A program made the translations under genes and the position numbers. Positions 23,401-31,100 of a stretch of DNA of 64,000 bases are shown in pieces. Below the pieces are notes generated by a model, which was not told the origin of the DNA, searched no databases, and saw only the letters and a list, made by a program, of their open reading frames with translations. The DNA lies in the NCBI GenBank assembly GCA_043798375.1, contig JAZDOS010000042.1:5037-69036 (forward strand), read 5' to 3'. Each line of letters starts with the position of its first letter. Position 1 is the first letter of the stretch. The DNA is from Candidatus Omnitrophota bacterium. Its GTDB lineage: Bacteria > Omnitrophota > Gorgyraeia > 2-01-FULL-45-10.

Positions 23401-26400
23401 CGCACATACCGGACGGAATATTTGAAGGACTGGGAAGGCATGACTCAAACCCAAATATCCCGGATAACCTGCGTATCCTCATACGGAGAGTCTTCGATAA
23501 CAAGGCAAGTATGGGGGAGGCCTTTGACGCCGACGGCGACAGGCTCGGCGTTATTTCAAGCGAAGGCGACTATCTGCAGGGCGACGATATAGCGTGCCTT
23601 ATAGCTCCCGTACTTATAAAGATGAGAAAGGAATTGACCGGCAAAGAACCGGTCGTTATCGTCAATAATCTCTGCAGTGATCAGCTGAAACAAGTTATCA
23701 GGGAGGCGGGCGGTAGGGCGGTTGAATGCAATGTAGGTTTCACTAATGTAAAAGCGAAGATGACCGAGTTAAGAGATCAGGGTAATGAAGCGATCATGGG
23801 CGTGGAGCTTTCCTCACACATTATGATGGATATGAATTTCGACTCGGATGACGCGTTTTTCGCATCGATTGTGCTTATAGGCATATTGAAACAGAAGGCC
23901 CGCGAGCTTAGCGTGACACCGCAGGAGGTAATGGGGCTCATGCGGAAGGAATTAAATGCCAGATATTTTAAGGTAAATCCCATAGGAGAGGGCCGCGTAT
24001 TGATGTTAACAGACGATACGCGCAAAGAGGCGGCCGCGAAAGCAGTGGAAGAATGCAAGAGGAGGATCGGCGATCCAGAGTATCAGTATATATACGAGAA
24101 GAATCCTGATAGGGAGACGGAAGACCTGGAACGGGAAGGCGGGATCAAGATAGATGTAAAAGAGAGAGAGACCGGCGAGCTTATGGGTTGGTTTGTTATA
24201 AGGCCGTCCGGTACCTCGGCGGAGATAGTCGTCACCGCGGAGTCGGTAGTCGGCGTCCATGCCGAATCGGAGGCAAATGCCATTATGAACGCCCATAAGA
24301 TCAAACAGGAGGTGATAGACCTTCTCCGTCCTTATGAGAGATGGGTTAAGGTTGACGAGATACAGCCCTCGGACTTTGGCGCTGTCTTCAAAGCAAGGCT
24401 CGAAGGCAAGGATGTCTCTGAAGTTAGAGCTGTCGAGAGAGCTGATATCTTCAGAAAATCAGTCGGCATGCTGGCTGTGGGGCAGGCAGATGAAACGCCG
24501 CTTACGCCCGGCGCGGATGAAATAATCGCGTCGATTATGGAAGAGGTTGTGGTGCCCGAAGGCATAAGCGAAGCGAGGAACGCGGCGGCGGGAGAGCGAT
24601 TGATGCAGGAAATAAAGGGTAGCCTTCCCGGCGAGCATACGGATAGGATCGCCTCCATATATAATGAAGTGGTAGCGAGGGTTAAAGCGGCGCGTCTCGG
24701 GACCCGCATAGCCGCTCAGGAAACGACCGCGCAGTTTCTCGCAACTCAGGAAGTGAGGGACGTTACGGTTAATGGGGAAACAGGCGCCCTTATTGTGCCG
24801 TCATCCAGCGATTACAAGGACAGGGGCCAGCACGATTCTACTTACATGAAACTAAGGGGCCTGGCCGCGAATGCCTTGGTTAGCGCGCGGAAATTGTTCG
24901 CGCGGCACCAGTATGAGACGGTTTATTCCATGAACCACGGCGCTCTTCCGATCCCGGAGACGTTGAGGCAATTGGCGTCTTATAACAACGTAAGCCCGGA
25001 AAATTACAGGATTCACGATACATTCTTCCCGCAGGTGAATCCGCTGTTCCCGGGAAGCATACAGTACCAGGTTACGGGCGCCCATTACCAGGCGAATGTC
25101 TTTGACATAAAGTATGTTACCGAGGGTAAAGGCCTGCAGTATCTTGTAAAGGTTGACAGGAAGGCGTTTGAGGAGACCGGCAAGGTCGTCGTGGTCGATA
25201 CGATCGTGCAGGAGATGGCGCCCGGCAAATGGGTATACGCCCTGCCCGGCTATATAGATATAGTGGTGAATAAAGGGGCATTGAGATTTAATGATGTTTC
25301 CTATGAATTGAGCCCGCAGGAACTGGAAAAACTCGAAAACGAGACCGGCTTTAAAATAGATATGGATACGAATTTCTATGAGAAACTGCCGGCGAAAGGG
25401 ATGGCGCATCTATTCTACATGTATAACGGCGAGACGCGTGTTGCGCTCAACCCCGAAGTTATGCCCGAAGGTAACCTCAATATAAGGGTAATGTCAGCTG
25501 GCCTTCCGACGATGGCCGAAAAAGAACTTAAAGTAGGCCTCATGGAGATTTACGCGGCCAATCCAGGCATAGTTCAGTCCATGATGTCGCTTCGATATCT
25601 TGAGACAGTTAATGAGAAGATGCCGTTTGCGCCTGCCATGATACAGGCAATTCATCCGAAAGAAACCATCGTGCCGGAATCGATCGATGTCTTGAATAGC
25701 AGCGCTCAAGAAGCGGCCTTATTCTTTGAGGCATTAGAACAAGAGATCGGGCAAGGGAATCCTATAGAATTCTTACCCAATGTGAGATGCGGCAGGAAGA
25801 ACAATCAGACTTGGGGCGTGCCTGTCAGCGTGTCGATGATACTCGAAGGGCTGGGGGCTCGAACTCGGCAGGAAAAAGAGGCGCTTGTCGATAGGCTTAA
25901 GATTGATATCGATGATGTGGTGAGCGAGCTCTGGATAGGCGCGGACATGGAGCATCCGTCAATGGTAAATGTAAAGACAAAGTATTCAGCGCCTGTATAT
26001 GTGCTATTCGGTAATTATCCCGAAGAAACTTTCGGCAAGGATCATTTAGACGCATTCGGCCGGGATTTCGGCTTGTTGATAAAACACCTCAATTCGGCCA
26101 GATACTTATCCGCCCAGAACCATGTATTTACCGAAGGGGTAATACCTTTAAATAAAGAATCGGTTGCGGTGATGGGATTCGCGAGAGATATAGGGCCCCA
26201 GGAATTGGAAGAAGAATTGATCCGGGGAAAAGAAGAATCGCTTAATAGGGTTGTTCTTATGGAGGGAAAACCCTATCTTGTTCCCAAAGGCATGATGCAT
26301 GCCTATGGGCCTGTCAATGTCCTTGAGATAAAGGAACAGAGCCTTGGAAAACCTGATACGGGTATGACCAATTCCATATATGATAGGTTAAGCGTGCCGG

Positions 26401-27605
26401 CAGGACAGAAGACGCCTCCGGCCGAATGGCCAACGATGAGACAGAATAATCCGGCGGAACTTGCAAAGGCTGTTGGCATCGATTCCAGGAGGACCGGAAA
26501 AGACGTATTGACCATGGCCCGCGAGGCATGGCAGAGGGCATTAAACGTTATGGCCGAGAACAATATGCTGAAGGAGGCAAAACCTCAAGATTATGAATCG
26601 CCGGTTATAAACTTACGTCCCCAAGCGATAGGCGGTAAACTGGAAGGCATGATGTTAGAGCCGGGCTTTGTCGTTGAGAGGTTTGAGATCCATGCAGGCC
26701 AGACGATGTTAGCTGAGGAGCTCACGTTCGGCAGGGCGAGCATAATCATGGTGCAGGAAGGCGCGGTGGATTTGACAACAGAAAAAGATGTGCCGATAAC
26801 GACATTGAAAGCCAAAACAGAAGATAGGTACAGGCTTAATCTATCTGCATATCCGTCTTATAAGATTACAGCCGCTCAGGGCCGGAAGGCTATCGTTGAT
26901 GTGATGTATAAACCTCTTCCGGCCGAGGCGCTCGTCAACACGGGCTTTGAGGCAATTCGCGCCAATCTTCCCGCTGTGCGAAGCCAGAAAGTTCATTTGC
27001 TCACGACTTCAAAAGCGTTCCGAAGGGGTGACGTGCGTGACCGCGAACCCGGCTCGTTCAGATATGAAAAGGAGATTTTAAACCGCGTATCCGACGGCAG
27101 GGTGGAATTATCGGAAGTCATAAGCTGTGACGCGGGCGAATTGAAAGAGGCCCTGCAGGGTTTGATGAAGGGCGAAGAAGGCGTCAATTACGTCGTCCAA
27201 CTTACCGAGGGCGAATTTAATTCGATCAAAGACGATAAGGACATAGCGAGGCTTTTGAAAGATACGAGGCTCATGGTTCTTCCCAATGTCAAGCTTGGCG
27301 AAAACCGCGGCATACCGTTCATCAGAGAGATTGAATCGGCCGGTGTAATACTCGGTAATACAAAACCGGAGGATATCCGGGATAAGACGGCTATAGCCGG
27401 ATGGTTGAAGACCGTAATGTCGAAGTTGACCGGCAACAAAGCGATCGACTGGGAGATGCTCGCGACGCTATTGAAGTCGCCGGACCCGGCGATGTCATTC
27501 GCCGACAGGATAAGTATTCTGCTCAAGAACCTGCAGGTCAGGATCCAGCCGCACAAGGCCGATGAAGGCGTGCGTGAAAGGCGGCAGCTCTTGTGGAGCG
27601 TGTAA
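17412..27605 (+). CDS. Giant exported protein (3397 aa): signal peptide, TIKI/ChaN-like N-domain, HExxH, mannose-1-P guanylyltransferase, phosphomannomutase, cupin PGI-like and type I phosphomannose isomerase domains
   Basis: Signal MIFRKTISVFVIFTFLFSNVAFA; IQDAH/VEGA/KRD/GGFH; HEKAH (19851); IMAGGGGERMWPLS..PKQ, ADHYI, FIEKP, NSGMF, WKDIGS (ManC); TASH (22938), DADGDR (23526), RPSGT (24201) (PMM); TGAHYQ..YVTEGKG cupin (~25074); ELWIG, LSAQNH, MHAYG (PMI). Confidence 0.92.
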   Translation: MIFRKTISVFVIFTFLFSNVAFAVPAKSNIELAGNNETVTTPESIVVPRDFGLVKSKFNGNSGKLIVHIQDAHCNYEAQSNIVKILEGLVKNYSFGLVAVEGADGFIDTSWFKAFPDDEVRKEVADYFMKKGEITGPEFLSITTNLPFKLFGAETRSYYIQNLNAFTSSYPLKDETEKYFNSIKAVLNRLKGFIYSEELKVLDTKIQDYESKKLQFNDYIRFLQAIAEKHKINLRSYDNFFRLVSVLIYEKKIDFNITDKERSALIDELSKAVAKDQLQQLVTQSISFKSGKISSAEYYAYLKNLAAANGIDLSKKYPNLYNYIIYNAVYSKIENEKLFQDLKKIEIAVKEKLFANDDQRALEKLSRHIDILLGLINIKLMNGDFDYYQADKSEFTSEYFEDFIKKKVIQFGLAYDVMAPTEAVAQSIPKLEDFYSIAIKRDKALVDNTLDAMKKEKQNIAVLVTGGFHSEGIAKLLEKQGVSYMVVCPSITKDVPSPYIQILTNQRTPLEDILIGTAHAKEGMVAAPSRAQLITMPDSAFKDYVGRLEAGEKLALAIKAAEEEWVDVTVSGAEGAATPVGRVNIEGLVDRLKEDTGASIAGIVNELRHDLHQRCDRLHLSKISIEHLLALLEEKLTSPEFKAITDKFEAEYNERVANRAALEARRKGAAESGRKSPGRDAVAGIGERALRADEFGRYDSNLGANFEASRVETRDEELPGLRVHVHGDINGSFEEGIAAQNDDALLNGGATIPFPRVHPGTYRGSALSREIDGQIEEIAGQIHVSRYIWDSEKIADVSDSIKITKMDKEVVGNHEKAHLDIFAGKGDIFRLWLLYLEYCAIYKKFVDQEDFVDNIQSWVSLLTKWANKGTNDKGDIVKDAENKMPIKEWAVMNGVPLDARPGDFPNCNTIEIRKKIAALQALRIYKRARWALTNIDEKKMRIALTEAYVLAANYGDDELLSNIINLIPAQPGMRKEICGRAILQIAKWYPLWIRKDLFRTASPGTMELLDQWRTESGADHEITPKDVVAVIMAGGGGERMWPLSVTEDPKQITDIIDEKLLVMAVRRVIEHLGRKNVYIQTIPKLKDKIVKLLKDAGLNIPKENIFAEPESADTSGAIGYAAAKLKRLGRGNDVMFACTADHYIDVTSPDFRSAYMHAAKIAKHNQAIGTLGIDPEPIGVSEEYGCIRKGGETFYEGGHVAAKFIEKPKGKDAKDIFKERLPDNSHVWLYNSGMFIGRPDIFLEAFRQVAPVYGEAFDAIADPEATLETEAKAFKQLGENKKKGGFIHSGEPTGFRKGVSVDYVLAQPVSKMETDRIALFMVAGTFKWKDIGSYAMAYAYYKDDYLGTPDKGDASAKTGVYKDADNNIVVNKSSDITPAPYVNFESCSECFVIANDPDARITLKNLTRTIVIYNPTTKSVMVAPISVEGDSIKKLQGRIGARAALKGYVLGNLSGIEPSKKRAVIRGRYDDKTSSIVMEEADQKNNVVEEYLQGNGIIIGSEGCSISVGVGLATIVDMKDVSLDVRQSTADGINISVEKKGPAAASAGTAVSAGITLAHLETPAERIGNTRMMLERLDINHITPAAYAGVYGVSEDIAKTEIGKIYEEDIDRIIKIAAGISRLKIDRSDPAKIAHLDGEIEKLQKTVKDIVLERKSRGTLVPGWIRLVVEGIKDRAEYKESSRVRSETVRLCNTVFAESKENEILQDAARTEKERILKDKELITLSPAICRRDSVRAEDAELELSDTIANILGKSMVMLMLKQTKLTDPSKLKMVVGRESRITGRRILSAYKRGLLDMGANVLDISKTEIDTLEGRQVSEVVSTPLIYFANQLLNPSSATEITASHLPKAANGIKPTIMKRNVTADEMKVWEELTHDIIDGKIKPSGNKGAETSDASVLGYYHLMLSATLAEIINDESNAAGQALVNKWRLGRNDVLNNGKTLKQALDDIKNEVAAYMGSNPLCGMKMEIDPGNGSMGPIAIPLLIGLGAEIPAAPTHIPDGIFEGLGRHDSNPNIPDNLRILIRRVFDNKASMGEAFDADGDRLGVISSEGDYLQGDDIACLIAPVLIKMRKELTGKEPVVIVNNLCSDQLKQVIREAGGRAVECNVGFTNVKAKMTELRDQGNEAIMGVELSSHIMMDMNFDSDDAFFASIVLIGILKQKARELSVTPQEVMGLMRKELNARYFKVNPIGEGRVLMLTDDTRKEAAAKAVEECKRRIGDPEYQYIYEKNPDRETEDLEREGGIKIDVKERETGELMGWFVIRPSGTSAEIVVTAESVVGVHAESEANAIMNAHKIKQEVIDLLRPYERWVKVDEIQPSDFGAVFKARLEGKDVSEVRAVERADIFRKSVGMLAVGQADETPLTPGADEIIASIMEEVVVPEGISEARNAAAGERLMQEIKGSLPGEHTDRIASIYNEVVARVKAARLGTRIAAQETTAQFLATQEVRDVTVNGETGALIVPSSSDYKDRGQHDSTYMKLRGLAANALVSARKLFARHQYETVYSMNHGALPIPETLRQLASYNNVSPENYRIHDTFFPQVNPLFPGSIQYQVTGAHYQANVFDIKYVTEGKGLQYLVKVDRKAFEETGKVVVVDTIVQEMAPGKWVYALPGYIDIVVNKGALRFNDVSYELSPQELEKLENETGFKIDMDTNFYEKLPAKGMAHLFYMYNGETRVALNPEVMPEGNLNIRVMSAGLPTMAEKELKVGLMEIYAANPGIVQSMMSLRYLETVNEKMPFAPAMIQAIHPKETIVPESIDVLNSSAQEAALFFEALEQEIGQGNPIEFLPNVRCGRKNNQTWGVPVSVSMILEGLGARTRQEKEALVDRLKIDIDDVVSELWIGADMEHPSMVNVKTKYSAPVYVLFGNYPEETFGKDHLDAFGRDFGLLIKHLNSARYLSAQNHVFTEGVIPLNKESVAVMGFARDIGPQELEEELIRGKEESLNRVVLMEGKPYLVPKGMMHAYGPVNVLEIKEQSLGKPDTGMTNSIYDRLSVPAGQKTPPAEWPTMRQNNPAELAKAVGIDSRRTGKDVLTMAREAWQRALNVMAENNMLKEAKPQDYESPVINLRPQAIGGKLEGMMLEPGFVVERFEIHAGQTMLAEELTFGRASIIMVQEGAVDLTTEKDVPITTLKAKTEDRYRLNLSAYPSYKITAAQGRKAIVDVMYKPLPAEALVNTGFEAIRANLPAVRSQKVHLLTTSKAFRRGDVRDREPGSFRYEKEILNRVSDGRVELSEVISCDAGELKEALQGLMKGEEGVNYVVQLTEGEFNSIKDDKDIARLLKDTRLMVLPNVKLGENRGIPFIREIESAGVILGNTKPEDIRDKTAIAGWLKTVMSKLTGNKAIDWEMLATLLKSPDPAMSFADRISILLKNLQVRIQPHKADEGVRERRQLLWSV

Positions 27606-27609
27606 TTAT

Positions 27610-28135
27610 CGTTAAACGGTTGCGGTTGCGCGGCTCGCCACGGTTTTCGTTTATCGTAAAACGTTATGGAAGAAAAGAAAACCATCAGAAGTTTTCATGA
27701 TTTGGAAGTTTATCAAATTGCATATCAAGCGATGCTTGACGCATTTAAACATATTTTGCCCAAACTGCCTTCAGAGGAGAAATACGACTTGGTTGATCAG
27801 CTCAGACGTTCGACCAAAGCCATTCCTCGCTTGATAGCAGAAGGGCATTCTAAAAGACATCAGAAAAAAGGCTTTCAAAAATACCTAGATGATGCAATGG
27901 CAGAATCTAACGAAACAATTGTTTCATTGACCCAGGCGAAAGATTTATATTCTTCAGTGATTGATATAAAGATATGCGAAAGTCTAATAGATAATTACGA
28001 TAAGATAAGCAGGCAGTGTTATAAGTTGGGAATTGCTTGGGATAGATTCGGCGATCGTAAATTAATCGACGCAACCGATAGACGATAGACGAAACGAGCA
28101 GCGCAACCGATAGACGAAAGACGTAACCCGATAGG
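27610..28135 (+). mobile_element. Putative stem-forming element carrying a four-helix-bundle gene (filled copy of repeat family A)
   Basis: Left arm cggttgcggttgcgcggctcg and right arm cgagcagcgcaaccgat are complementary. The same arms occur without the gene at 45165, 45965, 52562 and 57820. Mobility is inferred. Confidence 0.6.
27666..28088 (+). CDS. Four helix bundle protein (23S rRNA IVS-protein/TIGR02436-like family)
   Basis: SFHDLEVYQ...LPSEEKYDLVDQLRRSTKAIPRLIAEG...FQKYLDDAMAESNET family signature; 140 aa. Confidence 0.92.
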   Translation: MEEKKTIRSFHDLEVYQIAYQAMLDAFKHILPKLPSEEKYDLVDQLRRSTKAIPRLIAEGHSKRHQKKGFQKYLDDAMAESNETIVSLTQAKDLYSSVIDIKICESLIDNYDKISRQCYKLGIAWDRFGDRKLIDATDRR

Positions 28136-28144
28136 AATTCGACA

Positions 28145-31100
28145 TTGAATAATATTATGCGGAAATACAGAATTATCATCAACACCCTGGCCTGGCTTGT
28201 CATAATAAGCCAGGCCTTTACGCTAAGCCCCGTGTATGCCGACTCGCTCGCCACTCCCAAATTAACCCATCCCGACGCCAATCAGGCCAGAGCCATATCC
28301 AACCTTGCTGAGTTCGAGGTATGCTACGGTGAAAGGCTTTTATATAAGGGTGAAAAGCTTTCGTCCGTTAATTCCGTTTTAAAAAATAGATTTCTGGACA
28401 GGAAAAAAGTTTATTTGAATGAACCGTCTATCCTGGTGCGGGAGAATCTAAAACTCGGTCAAGTTGAATTTATAAGCTACGACAGAGAGAAACAGGCGGG
28501 CGTCTTTAGGTTTAAAGGCAAACCGGACAATTTATATACGGTAGCGCTTATTCCCAGGCAGGGCAAGTACTCGATAACCCTTCATAAGAATTCCTCCGGC
28601 TCGGCATCTCAAAGCCTTGCAAAAACAACTGATAGTCAGGATGAACCCCTCACCGGACACGGGTTCAGCGTGGAGGATGTCAACAAAGTCAAGCTTACGG
28701 CATGGAGCGAATCCGGCGCTTTCAGGAAGGTCATGGATGAGCTCGAAGATATTTTAAAAGCCCGCGCGCCGGATAATCTGAAAGAACTGCTTTTTTATAC
28801 CCTGTCGGCATTTAAAGAAGGCCGTGACGGCCGGCAGCTCGGTTACACGCCCGCCCGCTACAAAGACCCGGCTCATTATTATCTCGGTTTCGGGACATCG
28901 AGATCGATATGCCTCGCCTCCGAATTCCTGGATGAAGAAAGCCCGTTATCGAAATTTGCCGCCGAAGAGCTGTTTCACGAGTTACTGCACGCGGCAATGG
29001 ATATTTCCAAAGACGATTCTTACATCGAGAGCGAGACGGCCAATCATATAACGTCGCTCAGATTGGCCGCGCAATTTTTCTGGGGATTGCCGGAAGAAGA
29101 AGCGCTCTCCCTCTCCCCGAATATGCTCGAGCACCATTCCAGGAACAGCCTCGGCGACGCGATAAGGCTGTGGAAGACGGAACAGCAGGATATACGCGAC
29201 GCCGTCCTCAACAATAAACCGCTTGAATTGAAAAAGATGTTAGTCGACGCGTTAAAGAGAATCGGCAATAATCCGTCGAAACTCTTCGATATTCTCGCCG
29301 TCTGCGATGCCGCGTCGGACGAGATGAAAAGGCATCCGATACAGAGCCGCTATCCTCTGCTTATGGCGGTAACCTTACTGAATAGGAAGCAGAAACTGCA
29401 GCTTGTTAAAGCGGTTAAACAGGGCGGCGATGCTATCGCGGATCTTAAAATAGCGGATTCCGTTCTCCTTATGCTGGAGAAGAAGGTGCGGCCCGATTGG
29501 TTGGGGCACCAGGCGCCCAATCTAAAAGGAAGAACCGTATGGCAGGTTGCCTCGGAGATATGGAATCCCGGCGGAGGGTTAGGGCGCGTAATGCAGTTTG
29601 AGGCCTTTTCTTTCCGCGACATGTTAGGCCAATGCGCGGGCGATGTCCGTCTGAGAACCATAGAACCCCATTACGCGTACGGAAAAGACGGAGTGCCCCT
29701 GGATTACGATAAGATACTCGGCGCTTACGAGGGCAAAGAAGAAAATAGGCTGAAAGAAGTGGATACTTTCGAAGTAACGGTTGGTGACGAGACAGCAATC
29801 GCGGTATGTTCACGCGCCCTCAATCAGCATGGGATCGAAAGTTATATAATTAAGCTCCTCAAGAGGGGCGCAGACGGCAGCCTCTCCCCATATTATACGG
29901 AGGGCATGTATCTTTATCGCGGCGCTGAAGCGCCCGCCGCTGTTCCGATAGAAGATTTTTCCGCGTTCTTCTCTGCCGCCTCGCTTGAGCTTGTCGCGAG
30001 AATTGAGGCAGGGGAAAAAAAGGCTTCCGAGGAAGCCTCATCCTTCTGGAACTATCCGGTCGTATATTTTAATGACGGCCAGCTCGGGCTCGCTCCGTTA
30101 TTCCGCCGGGCGTTCGAACATTTTTCCAATAACCCGATTCTCAAGGAAGCATTAGTCGCTTACAAGACTCACACCTATCCGAACCGGGTCTTTTTCGATG
30201 TGCGCGAGAAGAACGGGGATGAGGGGTATGGCATAAAAGTCCTGAAGCGCTTCGGGATACCGGAAAAATACTGGGAGTATTTTACCCATGTTATCGGTGA
30301 AGAACTGAGCCAGGAGACGAGAGAAGTAGCCGATTTTACATCGGCGGGCCTGCGCTCGGCGGACTGGCAGGCAGGCGTAAGCGCCAAGCAGGCCGACGAC
30401 GTATCGATGTATGACGACTGGGGAAAGTGGAAAGATTTCTTCGAGCTTGTAGCCATAACAAACGGAGATTACCTGCCGATCACCGAATCCCGTTTTGCCG
30501 AGGCCGCCAGGGAAGCGCTCGCGGCCGCCGACATCGAAAGCCTGACCCCCATGCAGGTCTTTGTGGCGAACAGGCGCGCGAAAGAAAACCTGAACGCCTT
30601 TTTGATCAAGCGGCTCGGCGATAAGTATATTTTCGGGATAAGCCCGGACAAACCCGTTCTTTCATATTCCGGAAGGGGTGTTGACGAAAAAGCCGGAAGG
30701 AACAGGGCCCTGTCAAACAGCAACATCATAACTCTGGTGAAGATGGGCGTCCAGGTGGTGATAGGTTTTAATGTCCAGAGCGAGAAACATAACAGGGACG
30801 AGCTGGATAAACTTGCCGAAGAATTGCGCGAGGCAAAAAGCAAAGATCCGGACGGTTACCCCGGCAATTTTATATTTGTCCCCGACAGCGACATAGAAAT
30901 TCAGAGGCTTATCCTTGCCGCTTCAGACGCTCAGGTCCAGGATTCGGATCCGAGGACGGAGGCCGCCGGTTATACGGAATCGAATATAAAAAGGTGCGCC
31001 GGGTTGCAGATAGCGCCGCCCTGGCCCGAGGGAATACTGCAGGCAGGCATCCCCTTTAATTTTAATAAACTCGGAGAAGGGGCTACCATTATTCCGGAAA

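Noticed and set aside
27666-28088. 23S rRNA intervening sequence or DGR Avd
   Set aside because: There is no rRNA sequence around it, and no reverse transcriptase or TR/VR pair in the window.
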